This document shows positions 25,761-37,920 of a DNA stretch of 48,227 bases, piece after piece. Made by a program: the position numbers and the translations under genes. Below the pieces are notes generated by a model. The model was not told where the DNA came from. It saw only the letters and a list, made by a program, of their open reading frames with translations, and did no database searches. Positions within the stretch are counted from its first letter, which is position 1. Each line of letters begins with the position of its first letter. Source of the DNA: Octopus bimaculoides (Eukaryota); contig NC_068984.1 in the NCBI RefSeq assembly GCF_001194135.2, positions 24,009,193-24,057,419 of the forward strand, given 5' to 3'.

Positions 25761-27386
25761 CAACGGAAATGTTAGGAAAGAAAAGAAAAAATCTGTATGG
25801 GAGCTGACGTAGCAAACAACTGAACCCTTGCCTCAGAAAATAAAATAGATACATATGTGTGTGTGTATGTATGTATGTATGTATGATTGGATGGATTGGA
25901 TGTATGTATGTATGATTCTGTGAATTGTTTCTGCATCTAGTAATTCATTGTTTTGAGTTCAAATCGTGCAGGCTTTCGACTTTGTATTTTTCATCCTTCC
26001 AAGAATTATCATTTACAGATGATAGTAAAAATAATATCCGGTAAATTTTAGAATAGCAACCTATTTGTTGAGAAGCTGTTCAGTACATTATTCATTCAGT
26101 CATTTTACTCCTTATATACGGAACATATCCAGGGAAGATATAATAAGATAAGAAAAAAACAGGTAGTAAGATTGGACAGAGTGAGCATATTTGAGAAATA
26201 TAACGGATGGTTGCTGGAATTGGTAGAGTGTCGGACAAAATATTTTTGATATTTCGTAATGTCCGTTTGCGTTCTGAGTCCAAACTGCGCCTAGGTTCAC
26301 TTTACTTTTCATCGTTCTGAGGTCGTTATCAATAAAATAAGGGCTGCTGTCGATGTATTTCATTATACTTTAGAAAGGCAAAAAAAAAAAAAAAAAAGCA
26401 ATTTTAAAGGCTGCCGTCGAGACGAAACGATATCAACAAGCTCTCTAATCAAATGGTAGTACAACTTCTTGTGGCTGAATTAAGTAATACGAATTGTTTA
26501 TATATCTTACATTTAGAGTTATGTTATTTGTATAAGATATTGAAGTGGGTTGTTCATTTAAGTAGGGTTTTATATAAAGCCAAATCTCATCAAAAAGCTG
26601 GATCTTGGTTTGTAAATATTCCTCTAGAGGCTTAAAAGTAAAATATTTATTCAGATCAGCGATATAAAGCAGTGAACAAAAATCGAGTGCAGTACGCTCT
26701 ACGTTGTGATAAAATTTGAAGAGTGCATCACAAGTGAATGTATTTGTCTTGTAAAGTTTGTTTAAGCTGATATTGTTAGTAATCTATTGACTCAGTTCAA
26801 TGTATGAGCTGCGGTTTATCTTATTGACCTCGGGGATTTGAAATGTAATACAGTTACAGGCGAAATTTGAACTCAAACTCATTTAGAGCGAAAATAAATA
26901 CTGTAAAATAAAGAGCGTTAACCAATTCTGCCACACTTTTAGTGAGCCGATATCAAGTGTCATATAATAGCGTGATGTAATATTCAGCTATATAATTTTA
27001 GGAAAACTTAAATCGCGTCGTTAAAACAAAGTTTAGTCATCATTTTTTTTTTTTTTTTTCATGATTGTAATTTATTCTCCAGCTTTAGAAATGTTATGTA
27101 AACAAAGTTGTTTTTACAAAGAGTAAGCTGGGTGCACATAGCAAAATACACACGCACGCGCGCACACATACACACACACACACACACACAAAAAAAAAAC
27201 ACACACACACACACACACAAAAAAAACACACACACACGCATATACACTTGCCTACACATATAGGCATACAAAAGTATATGCGAGCACAAACACAGACATG
27301 CAAAAGAACATAAAAGCACGCACACACATACATGCACACACGTACGCACAAACACACACACACACACACATACATGCACACATGCC

Positions 27387-27424
<38 letters not shown>

Positions 27425-27504
27425 NNNNNNNNNNNNNNNNNNNNNNNNNNNNNNNNNNNNNNNNNNNNNNNNNNNNNNNNNNNNNNNNNNNNNNNNNNNN
27501 NNNN

Positions 27505-27545
<41 letters not shown>

Positions 27546-27904
27546 TACACACACTCGTATCACATCACTTTTTTTTCAGAACAAGACATTTATACATTTC
27601 CCTTATATTTTCTTTCGCTGCCCCACTCCTGATGTCCGCCTCCTCATCTTCTTACTCTTTCCCTCGTCGTTTTCCATCATATCAACTTTGTCACATGCTA
27701 AACATTTATTTATTTATTTATTATTTACTAACTTTAAATGATAACTGATATTGATTGATCTTATTCATTTTAAAGCAAATATTTTTCTTTAAAACAAATC
27801 TAGTTATTATCTACATATATGTAGATATGCGGTTACTTAGATTTCTCAAATTATCAACATGGTTTCAACGCACTTTCAATTGATTGGTGTCAACTCTTAG
27901 AAGC

Positions 27905-27990
27905 TTAACCAATCAAAAGCAATGTAACTACCGGACTGGGCGTATTACAACCCTTATAAAGATTTAATTTCAAGTGTTTTCAGTTCGTAG
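27905..27990 (+). promoter_or_regulatory. Pol II core promoter of the secreted-peptide gene
   Basis: CCAAT 27909-13, TATAAAG 27955-61, Inr TCAGTT 27980-85 (A at 27982, 27 nt after TATA start); CCAAT and TATA conserved in the paralogous block at 46441-46490. Confidence 0.75.
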
Positions 27991-28017
27991 ACGTAATCTC
28001 AAGAGAACTAAGTTGAG
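27982..28017 (+). other. Non-coding exon 1 (5' UTR) of the secreted-peptide gene
   Basis: Starts at the Inr; ends at consensus donor GAG|GTAAGT (28018-23); no ATG. Confidence 0.65.
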
Positions 28018-28204
28018 GTAAGTGGCATTAGCTAATGGTTTGTTTAATTTTCCTCGTTGTTATTCTAAATTTTGGAAATCGTATATGAACTCAAGAATTG
28101 TTATGAAACTTTGCTGTTGTACATTTTAGCCATCTCAGAGTTATTCATTTATCCCGTTGTTAAATGTAGGCAAGTGGTTGAATCGTTATGATAACGGCTG
28201 GCAA

Positions 28205-28246
28205 AATAATAATAATAATAATAATAATAATGACGATGAGGATGAC

Positions 28247-28288
<42 letters not shown>

Positions 28289-28292
28289 GATG
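28205..28292. repeat. (AAT)n(GAT)n microsatellite
   Basis: Direct reading. Confidence 0.95.
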
Positions 28293-29656
28293 ACAACCTA
28301 GCAGTGTTTAGTTACGTCCCTTTTTGTTCTGAATTTAAATGCCACCGACGCTTTTTACTCTTTTTGGGGTTGATAAAATTAATATAGATACTAGTTATAT
28401 TTTGGAATAGATTTAATTGAATGTACCAACTAACAAAATTTATTGCCACTTGCCTATGCTAGACATAATTTATTCTATTCGGTGAGGTTTCGATCCCGAT
28501 GTTCTAACCCATTAAAACACATCAATTTCCTGTTAGTCCAGAGCTCCCACTGCAGTATTTCATACATAACAGTATTAGTGGTTGCATGAACTCATTGCAA
28601 TCGAAAGACCAATATTTGATCCAGTTCTCGAACTCTCGACAAATATATGTTTGGATATTTCGAATCTTGAGTAATATCATAATCATTAAAGTTAGTTTGT
28701 ATTTTTTCCAAGTTTCTTATTTCTTATTTATTAAAGACTATTTTCATCATTAACGTCCTTCTTGTTTATTCTACTATCATCTTACACGTTTTCCAACACC
28801 AAAACTAACATCACCACAGCCAGTAGTACCACCAACACTACCACTGCCACTACCACAAACATCTTCCTAACTCTAACTTAATTCGTGCCAGACAAGTAAT
28901 TAGTTAACCACCACACCAATCACTTAACTATCTACATTCGTGTATCATGTTTGTCGGTTAATTACTTATGTCGATTCTACTGTTTAACCTCAGAGCATGA
29001 CATAATGACATTGTACCAAGCAAAGATTATTTCACGAAGGAAACAAAAAGGAGGTGGTAGAGAAAATAGTATCCAAGGAACTGGAGGTACTCTGCGCTGT
29101 CACCGAAAACTATATACAGCATGTGAACTTATCCAAACTCATGAACTTCGCTTTGTAGATTATTTCGTACGATAGTTAATGTGTTTGAATGAAGACATAA
29201 CAACTGCTAGTAAAAAGTACGAATGATGTTAACCGTTTCAGTTCTTTGTTTCTTATCTTTGTTTTCTCGTTGACTGATATATCACATATAAATGAAAACA
29301 AGATGGTTGTCGCTCTAGCACTGTCAAAGCAAACTTAACTAATTTCATGAAGACAAACAATATATGAAAGTGGTTTTATTTCAGCTGTCACTTCTAATAG
29401 AGATTTACTCAGATTGCAAATGTATTGTTAGGAGTAGAAAATATGAATTTCAACAAGATGGAAAGCAACTTGTTTTAGTGTCAGAATTTCGATTCAGTCA
29501 AGCAAAACGGCATTAAATGTTTTGGTGTTTTATTGTTTTCTTTTTTTTTTAATAAAATAGAGACAAAAAGTATCTTAATTAGGTAAATACTAATTAAAAG
29601 TTGTCTCTCTCTACAGACAAGGATGTAAATAAAGTATTTCATAATAATTCTTTCTA

Positions 29657-29855
29657 ATTTTGACACAAGGCCATCAATTTTGAGGGGAGGGGCAAGTCGA
29701 TTACATCAACCTCAGTACTTATCGGGTACTTTATTTCATCAACTCCGAAAGGTTGAAAAGCAAAGCTGACCTCGGCAGGAATAGAAATCAGAATGTAAAG
29801 AGCCGGAAAAAATGAAAGACATTTCAACCGACGCTCTAACAATTCCGTCAGTTAA
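29657..29855 (-). mobile_element. Diverged family A SINE
   Basis: CCGAAAGGTTGAAAAGCAAAGCTGACCTCGG body, homologous to 5752-5960. Confidence 0.75.
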
Positions 29856-30491
29856 CAGGCTTCAGGTATTTCATAATAATATTCGTCATCAATAATGACT
29901 TATTACTTGTAGAGCCTTATTAGTATTAAGGCTTTAGATTAGTCTTTTAGTTATCAATCTACAGCTTTTCTTCATTAACTTCCTTCTTATTATTCTCCCA
30001 TTATCTTACACACCTTCCATCATCAGAACTAACGCTACCAACAACAACAGCAACAACAAGAACACCACCACCACCAACAACAACGCCATCATTAATAAAG
30101 AAACATAATAAGAAAAACAAAAGACAAAGAATGTACAAGTAAAGCTGCACCTACTGACTTGGTGTTTTACAACTCAACGCAAACAACAGTGTCAGGGTGA
30201 AAATGAAGATGGGTGTACCAAGGATGATGTTTGTCGAATGAAATAAGAAAATTAGTGCAATGTTTAATTTACAAGCATAGGTCAGAACATTTAATAACAA
30301 AGACCTATTGTCAGATCAATTGATCTAGCTGTGCTAATTATTTAAACTTGATGACAAAGGCTGTGTTCGTTTAATGGGATATAAAAAGTCAAAGTATTCA
30401 GCTGCTGAATTTTTATGCAAACCATTTTTTATTGTTATAATGTACATTTAATTTCCTTAATAACAACAAGTTAAAGTTGGTCTGCTCCAGA

Positions 30492-30994
30492 CACTAGCGT
30501 TGCTAGTGGGCGGTAGGGGCGGTCCGCCCCGGGCGCGAACTTTTTTCCCCACGGAAGTTTCGGGTAATGAACTTGAACTCGTTTGGATGGGGAAAATGTG
30601 GATAGAGGGTGATGTGCTAGCAACCCTCTCTCTTACCATTTTATAACGTAAACAACATCACAAATAACTAAGCAGAGGCAGCCATGGTTGAAACAAGAAC
30701 AAGAACGACAAACATTATTAAAAGAGGAAAGAAGCATGGTCATTCCTTACCCATGTGGCCTTATCTTATCGCCCATCACTTGTTATGTGCTCATAAATTA
30801 GTTTGATAGTTGAGCTTTAATTGGCTGTATGCAAATGAGATCATAACTGGAGTCCGGAACTCTCGTGGGAAAATAATTTCGCGCCCCGGGCAGTATTTTG
30901 GGGTTTGTTGTAGGCAATATGTGCTTTTGTGGGGTCCGGGGGCGGCAAATGGAATGGCCGCCCCCGGACGGCACACACTCTAGCTACGCTAGTG
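30492..30994. mobile_element. hAT-type MITE, 503 bp
   Basis: TIR CACTAGCGT(T/A)GCTAG; perfect 8-bp TSD GCTCCAGA at 30484-91 and 30995-31002. Confidence 0.92.
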
Positions 30995-31139
30995 GCTCCA
31001 GAACAAAAAGTGAAATGTTGTGACATTATATAACAAATGGGAATGTTAAACCACTTCCCACTCTATACGCACAACCAAAAACAAACATATTTGTGTATAT
31101 AATCATACATATATGTACACGTGTGTGTGTGTGTGTGAC

Positions 31140-31950
31140 ATCTTATTCGGTATCTTGTTGGTTTCTCCAAACATTGTGCATGTTTCATTGTGCTGTTCGC
31201 TATTCACGGTTCAGTCACCGTTCCAGAAAGTCAAAGACAATGACGCCTTTGTCACCGTCCAACGTAGTCACCATAACATTTTAATATTGATCTATGACTT
31301 TTGAACTTGTTAGGCCTTAGAGAAGAGGTGTAACGCCATTTCAAGGACTAAGTTTTCGCTTCCAGATCATAAAGATACATCCACGTTTCGTGCCTTGTCA
31401 CCAGATCGGAAAAATAACGTGTTTTCGTTCACTACAAACGCTTCCAGCACAGGAGAACACTTCACGTCTTCAAATCTAGTATCAGTCTTCCACCGTCTTT
31501 TGTTATGCATAATGACCACAATCCTTTTGTGCAAGAAGCTCACCGACTGTGGCTCGTCTGTCCTCGCGAATCAATTAGTCCAACCGCTAGTGACTCCTGT
31601 CACTGGTCACAGTTGATCGTCTCTCACTACGAGGTTTATCTTCATTGCTGGTTTCCCTTCCTTAAACTTCTTCATCTATGTGTGCACATTCCTCTTGTCA
31701 ATGATGTCATCTCCATAAACAACCTGCAGCCTTCAATGGATGTCTAACAGCTTGCATCCCTCCTTCGACAGGAATTCAATGACAATATGTTGCTTCCCTT
31801 CAGAACCCATTATTTTCCAGCAATAAAGAACAAGAAGACCTACTACAGAGGAAGAATTACTCAACCAAAATGTGCAATTTGAATGACCAATGTCAGTTAA
31901 TAAAAGAGCTATGCCCACTTTCGCATTATTTTCGGTACAAGCCCGTTTTC
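31140..31950 (-). mobile_element. Decayed mariner transposase fragment
   Basis: Minus frames KQHIVIEFLSKEG, LIREDRRATV, VTRHETWMYLYDLE (TGDETW..YDPE-like), KGVIVFDFLE. Confidence 0.8.
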
Positions 31951-32397
31951 GTTAAACGTTGTATCAATGTTTTTTGTTTTGTTTTTGTTCCCAGAGTCTG
32001 AGCAATGTCTTGTGGTGTATTACAAATATGCATTATTAAATTCCGTTATAATGTCTGCTAGTTCCTTACAACTTTATTTTAAGCTTTGCAGCATCCAGAT
32101 AGTAAAAGTATGACATTTTAAATGTCAGAAAGTGGGATATATTTCAACTGTCTTAACCAATTATTTCATTTTGCTTAAATCATGCAATTATATGGAATTT
32201 ACTTACAATTAAAGTTATATTAGTAAATTTATGTAGTATTGATATTTTATTGCACCCGAGCTAATCTTGTTCACCAAAATATTTGTATTTATGTTTATAT
32301 AAATGTGCTGATAAGTATATTAAAAACTAACTTTCTTTTATATTTTTAGTTAAAAATCTTCAGCATAATATATCTGCGTAAAATATTTACATACAAA

Positions 32398-32467
32398 ATG
32401 AAAGGTCATTGCATCATCGTCTTCGTCGTATTGATTGCGATATTTGCTGGAATGGCAACGGTCAGCG
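32398..32467 (+). CDS. Coding part of exon 2 (exon 32350-32467): signal peptide MKGHCIIVFVVLIAIFAGMATVS
   Basis: Branch CTAAC 32327-31, pyrimidine tract, AG 32348-49; CAAAATG start context; basic n-region and hydrophobic h-region; phase-1 donor G|GTAAGT 32468. Confidence 0.85.
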
Positions 32468-32739
32468 GTAAGTATTTGATTAATCTTATTCATGTAAATG
32501 AATCGGGGTTGCTATTCAGACCGATAAAGATGTTACCTGTTAAACAATATCATGACAAATCAAAAACAAAAAAACAAAAAAATTAGAAAGACAAAAGAAC
32601 AATAGTTTGACATTTGCTTACTGTAGCATTTTATATGAATTTTTATACATCACGAATAAATCTGGAAAACGCCTGCTATAACAATCTGAATATTCTTGTA
32701 TTTATTTTTTACATTAATTACAAGAGTTACATTAATTGT

Positions 32740-33040
32740 GAAGGCGCGTAGGATATTCGGGTCACGATCGCGAGTTCGTTTGTTAGATTCCAAGCGGCGC
32801 CTTGTGTCCTTGAGCAAGACACTTTATTTCACGTTACTCCAGCTTACTCAGCTGGCAAAAATGAGTTATACCTGTATTTCAAAGGGCCATACTTGCCACG
32901 CTGAATCTCCCTGAGAACTACATTAAGGGTACGCGTTAGTGTAGAGTTGGCTCAGCTACATGCACGTTAATTTCACGGGCAGGCTGTTCCGTCGATCAAA
33001 TCAACTGGGACCTTCATCGTCGTAACCAACAGAGTCCCAG
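32740..33040 (+). mobile_element. tRNA-derived SINE, family C
   Basis: Homologous to 4400-4700. Confidence 0.85.
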
Positions 33041-33245
33041 CTTACATTCATTTCAAGTTCGATGTTGCTAATCATTTCGAATGTTCAGTAACATATTTGA
33101 GGCCTCTAGCTGAAAACCCATTAGAACGTTATACTTCATCATACACAAGTCAGAATATAATTAAAGTAGAAAAAAAATCAGTGAAAATTCCTGAGAAAAA
33201 TGTAAGAATCTTGTAGGTAGATCTAACAAAAAGCATACCATATTC

Positions 33246-33319
<74 letters not shown>

Positions 33320-33459
33320 TTGACTTCAGTGTATTTCAATTTTGTCGTGCGTAAATATCTTTGTCGTCACGCTATTTGTACCATTTCTATTCATATTTTC
33401 AAATATATAATACTCTGCCAAGAACTTTCTATTTCTTATTCTACTACATATATATGTGT

Positions 33460-33495
<36 letters not shown>

Positions 33496-33498
33496 GTG

Positions 33499-34083
33499 TG
33501 TTAAATAAAATGAAACCCCAAAGCCAAAGTTATGTGAAAATTCTAGGACATTTATAAAGAGAAAGGTAGTCTTACAGCTGTTTCAGGGATATAAAAGATA
33601 TCCCATCATCAGAGACGATATGAGAGAGTTAGATAGAAGAAAATAGTAGAGTTCATAAGAAGTTATTTTGGAAAGGAAGAAACATAAGAAGTATACAAGG
33701 AAATAAAAGAATAAAAAAATATATTGGATGTTAAAGTTGCTGTTCCATTATCCAAGGAATGTGTTGTGTAGAATGGGTAAAGAAACTTCTTGTCCATGGT
33801 ATGTAAAAAGCTTCTTTACCCATTCTACACAGCACATTGCATGGATAATGGAACAGCAACTTTAACATCCAGCATATTTTTTTATTCTCATATTTCCTTG
33901 TATATTTTTTATATCTCTCCTTTTCCAAAATAACTTCTTATGCTGAACTTTACTTTTCCTTCTATTTAACTCTCTCATATCGTCTCTTGGGATACCTGAA
34001 ACAGCTGTAAGACTACCTTTCTCTTTATAAATGTCATAGAAATTTCATACCACCTTGGCTTTGTTGTCCCATTTTATTTAACA
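33499..34083. mobile_element. Fold-back element with ~280-bp inverted arms carrying a hammerhead (possibly Penelope-like derived)
   Basis: 33499-33788 is the reverse complement of 33808-34083, with mismatches and indels; ~19-nt spacer; flanked by (GT)n and (CA)-rich tracts. Confidence 0.85.
33569..33616 (-). ncRNA. Minimal type I hammerhead ribozyme motif
   Basis: Minus strand GTCT-CTGATGA-T-GGGATAT-CTTTT-ATATCCC-T-GAAA-CAGCTG-TA-AGAC: 4-bp stem I, 7-bp stem II, palindrome ACAGCTGT, GUA triplet. Confidence 0.8.
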
Positions 34084-34302
34084 TATACACACTCACACAC
34101 GACCCGCATTAGACTCCTCACTGATACTATTATCGAACCAAGAGTCTAATAGCGGTCCTTCCGTAGCACTTACATAACCTTACCTGCCTTTTGGGTCTTC
34201 TGGATACCAAAACATAAGCTCAATTTAATTTTGATTTTTTATAAATCGATTTTAATTGAGTTTTTACCTGTAATTTTGGATTTTGTCCCTAATATTATTA
34301 TA

Positions 34303-34333
<31 letters not shown>

Positions 34334-35392
34334 NNNNNNNNNNNNNNNNNNNNNNNNNNNNNNNNNNNNNNNNNNNNNNNNNNNNNNNNNNNNNNNNNNN
34401 NNNNNNNNNNNNNNNNNNNNNNNNNNNNNNNNNNNNNNNNNNNNNNNNNNNNNNNNNNNNNNNNNNNNNNNNNNNNNNNNNNNNNNNNNNNNNNNNNNNN
34501 NNNNNNNNNNNNNNNNNNNNNNNNNNNNNNNNNNNNNNNNNNNNNNNNNNNNNNNNNNNNNNNNNNNNNNNNNNNNNNNNNNNNNNNNNNNNNNNNNNNN
34601 NNNNNNNNNNNNNNNNNNNNNNNNNNNNNNNNNNNNNNNNNNNNNNNNNNNNNNNNNNNNNNNNNNNNNNNNNNNNNNNNNNNNNNNNNNNNNNNNNNNN
34701 NNNNNNNNNNNNNNNNNNNNNNNNNNNNNNNNNNNNNNNNNNNNNNNNNNNNNNNNNNNNNNNNNNNNNNNNNNNNNNNNNNNNNNNNNNTCTATCAGAC
34801 TTAATATGTCACACACACTCGCTCGCGCACGCGCAACGAAAGGCTTTCTCTTAGTTTCCGTCAAGCGAATTCTATTCAAGATGTCAACACAAAGTATGGT
34901 AGCAAACATTTGCCCAGTGTGCCGTGCAGTATAACAAAAGTAAATGCTATTTGCAAAGATTATCTACAAAACACTTTTTTTTTTGTTTTTGCAACAAATG
35001 TGAAATTTTCTTCTTCCTGACATTTCTTCATTTTCTTTTCTCTTTCGCCAACCGTTACAATTGATATTTGCTTCAATATTCATCAGTTTGTCGTGTTCTG
35101 AGTTCTGATACATTAATGAATGCGTAAGTGAATACATATGTATGGTTGCCTATCGAACTACTTTCTTACATATACCTGCACCTATTTGGAAAACGAATTA
35201 TCTCTAACACTGTGCTTGAAGTAATACATACCTATATATCCAACCTATCGTGAAGTGTAACTACTAAACAAAGTAACAAAATAAAACTGAATTAGAACTA
35301 ACGCACTCACACTTACACATGCATCAGAAGGTGCAATGTTATAACTAATATAAGGGCAATGTTATAACATAAGTGCCATGTTATAACTAACA

Positions 35393-35908
35393 TAGGTGCA
35401 GGAATGACTGTGTGGTAAGGGGTTATCGGTCGGCGGGCGCTGGTACCCCTCCCATTACTATTTCATCTGTGTTGTTATCACCTTCATCCCATTAATGTCT
35501 GCGTCCAGCCCGCAGCTACTTTATGTTTGTCTGTCCTTGTTCGTCCCCTCTTTCTAAGGCCTTAATGGCCAAATTGTTGAAATAAAGTAGCTTGCTTACC
35601 AACCACATGGTTCCGGGTTCAGTCCCACTGCGTGGCACTTTGGGCAAGTGTCTTCTACTATAACATCGGGCCGACCAAAGCCTTGTGAGTGGATTTGGTA
35701 GACGGAAACTGAAAGANNNNNNNNNNCTTGACAACCGATGCTGGTGTGTTTACGTCCCCGTAACTTAGCATTTCGGCAAAAGAGACCGATAGAATAAGTA
35801 CTAGGCTTACAAAGAATAAGTCCTGGGGTCGATTTGCTCGACGAAAGGCGGTGCTCCAGCATGGCCGCAATCAAATGACTGAAACAAGTAAAAGAGTAAA
35901 AGAGAGTA
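35393..35908 (+). mobile_element. Family D SINE with a ~168-bp insertion in its head
   Basis: Head GGTGCAGGAATGACTGTGTGGTAAG (to 35419) resumes at TAGCTTGCTTACC (35588); contiguous in the 9893-10270 copy. Confidence 0.85.
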
Positions 35909-36040
35909 TAATACTGTAGAACCGCAACTGCAGTACTATTTTCTTATTTAGTTAACAACTATATCTATTCCACTATATCTAATTTAAAAACAATATCAAC
36001 GCCAATGCAGTTCTAATATTTAAATATTTTCTAATTGCAG

Positions 36041-36183
36041 CCCGTCCTTCAATCATACTTCCACCAGAGTGTGGAAATGCCTGTTTAGCACATTATGAAT
36101 CAAATCCTAATGAAAGCCGTTCAGTTTCAAAATACATAGGATGCATCAGAAAATGCTGGGAAAAAGCTCGATTTAATAATTGA
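36041..36183 (+). CDS. Coding part of exon 3: mature 46-aa four-cysteine peptide (A)RPSIILPPECGNACLAHYESNPNESRSVSKYIGCIRKCWEKARFNN*
   Basis: Acceptor TTTTCTAATTGCAG|36041; phase 1 completes Ala24 (V-S-A peptidase site); open to TGA 36181-83; CX3C-X19-CX3C. Confidence 0.85.
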
Positions 36184-36397
36184 AAACGTTGTTTGAGAAT
36201 ACAATTGAAGAATCGAGTTGGAGCATCATGTTAATGTAGACGTGTCCAGTTCTTGAAATGAAAATACAAAGAATCTCTTACAATTATTGCATGCTTCTAC
36301 ATTTTCTACAGTTTTTTTTTTTGGTCTGCTTAAATCTACATGATAATTATGAAAGGAATATAGTTTTTTGTGAAAGCAATTGATGTACTTTAATGAA

Positions 36398-36403
36398 AAT
36401 AAA
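36398..36403 (+). terminator. Putative polyadenylation signal of the peptide gene
   Basis: AATAAA 215 nt after the stop, followed by a GT/T-rich tract at ~36421-36431. Confidence 0.55.
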
Positions 36404-36849
36404 ACATTTTAAAATATTTAATATGTGGTTTAAAATTATTCAACAGAGAAGTTGTAATACATTTCTTAAATGATTCTATTTATTCTCAGGTAAGCTACTA
36501 TCCTCAACATTTATAATCAAAGACGCCCCTACCTTGACCATCCCATGTATAACTAGAGCTACATTATCCAGTTGTTCCTTATATAATACCTATGATGTAA
36601 TTTGATGGCGATTTTACTGGTTGGGATTTTTCAGTCGAATGAAATCGTAGACTACTTTATTTGACCATGTAAAAGATTGATAGTTGCAATAGAGACATTA
36701 ATCTCTCTCTATTACCTTTCAACAAAATGATATATTAAGAAACAGTAGAACAATTAACAACATAATAAAAATAAGTTTTATTTTTGGTGATGCTTAGTTT
36801 TACAAATCCTGTGTCATTCAGCTTAGCAGCCGCTGGTTAACTTGTTATC

Positions 36850-37125
36850 GGCATTAGAAGGTTAAGAGCTTCGCTGATGCATGCCAAAGGAGCAAGTAGC
36901 TGTCACGTCGAAGGCATCGCGCTAAAGAGCTTCGTTGAGAAGCACGTTGTTGTCTGATCGAAGGCATCGCGCTAAGAGAGTTAGAAAGTGAAAGAAACGC
37001 TTTAAGTACTGGTTTTACTACGCATGCGCACTCGAGGGGCTTCCGGGAAGGCAAGTCTCTTGCCCATGCGTAGATTGTACTTCCTCAATGGCGGCCATAA
37101 TTTCGCGCCACTACAACCAGTTCCC
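36850..37125. promoter_or_regulatory. CpG-rich, housekeeping-promoter-like motif cluster
   Basis: TACGCATGCGCA (NRF1-like) 37019-30, CTTCCGG (ETS) 37040-46, CAATGGCGGCC (YY1-like) 37086-96, ACTACAA..TTCCCA (ZNF143-like) from 37110. Confidence 0.4.
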
Positions 37126-37536
37126 AAACTGTAAATAATTTCGTTAAAATTTTCTGAAGTATGAATATTGCTACCATGAAATCAATGAACTGCATTGTTG
37201 TCACGTTATTTTGATTATTAAGGGTTCAGGAGATTTTTCTAGTCATCCATACGTTCAGTTAATCATTTGGCGTAGATTCTGTAAACTGTATATTCTCATC
37301 TACAGAAAAACAGCTTTGTTTCTGGTCACAAGAAATCAATATATTATTTTGTTGATAATCAATTCCATGGCGTTCATAAACCCTTCGAAACCTGTGAGAT
37401 CAAGAAGGTTTAATGCTCCCTTACAACAAACAAGAGGTAATCACTTAGATAATCTCTTCTACGAAGACAGTTTTTATTCTCAGTTGAAATCGCATCATTT
37501 TATTCCAGTTATGTCCCTTTAAATATATGATCACAT

Positions 37537-37920
37537 TTGTATTGTTGGCACTCCGTCGCTTACGACGTCGAGGGTTCCAGTTGATCCGATCAACGGAACA
37601 GCCTGCTCGTGAAATTAACGTGCAAGTAGCTGAGCACTCCACAGACACATGTACCCTTAACGTAGTTCTCGGGGATATTCAGCGTGACAGAGTGTGACAA
37701 AGCTGACCCTTTGAATTACAGGTACAACAGAAACATTGAGTAAGAGTGAAAGTTGTGGTGAAATAGTACAGCAGGGTTCGCCACCATCCCCTGCCGGAGC
37801 CTCGTGGAACTTTAGATGTTTTCGCTCAATAAACACTCACAACGCCCGGTCTGGGAATCGAAACCGCGATCCTATGACCGCGAGTCCGCTGCCCTGACCA
37901 CTGGGCCATTGTGCCTCCAC
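37537..37920 (-). mobile_element. Full-length family C SINE with 12-bp TSD
   Basis: TSD ATATGATCACAT at 37525-36 and 37921-32; antisense tRNA head at the right end. Confidence 0.92.

Noticed and set aside
32468-32586. Read-through ORF 32398..32586 as the full protein
   Set aside because: The tail after the GTAAGT donor is AT-rich intron; the spliced model gives a better cleavage site and a cysteine-patterned product.
34101-34157. Hairpin ATTAGACTC/GAGTCTAAT enclosing CTGATAC..GAAC
   Set aside because: The core deviates from CUGANGA/GAAA and stem III is absent; at most a dead relic.
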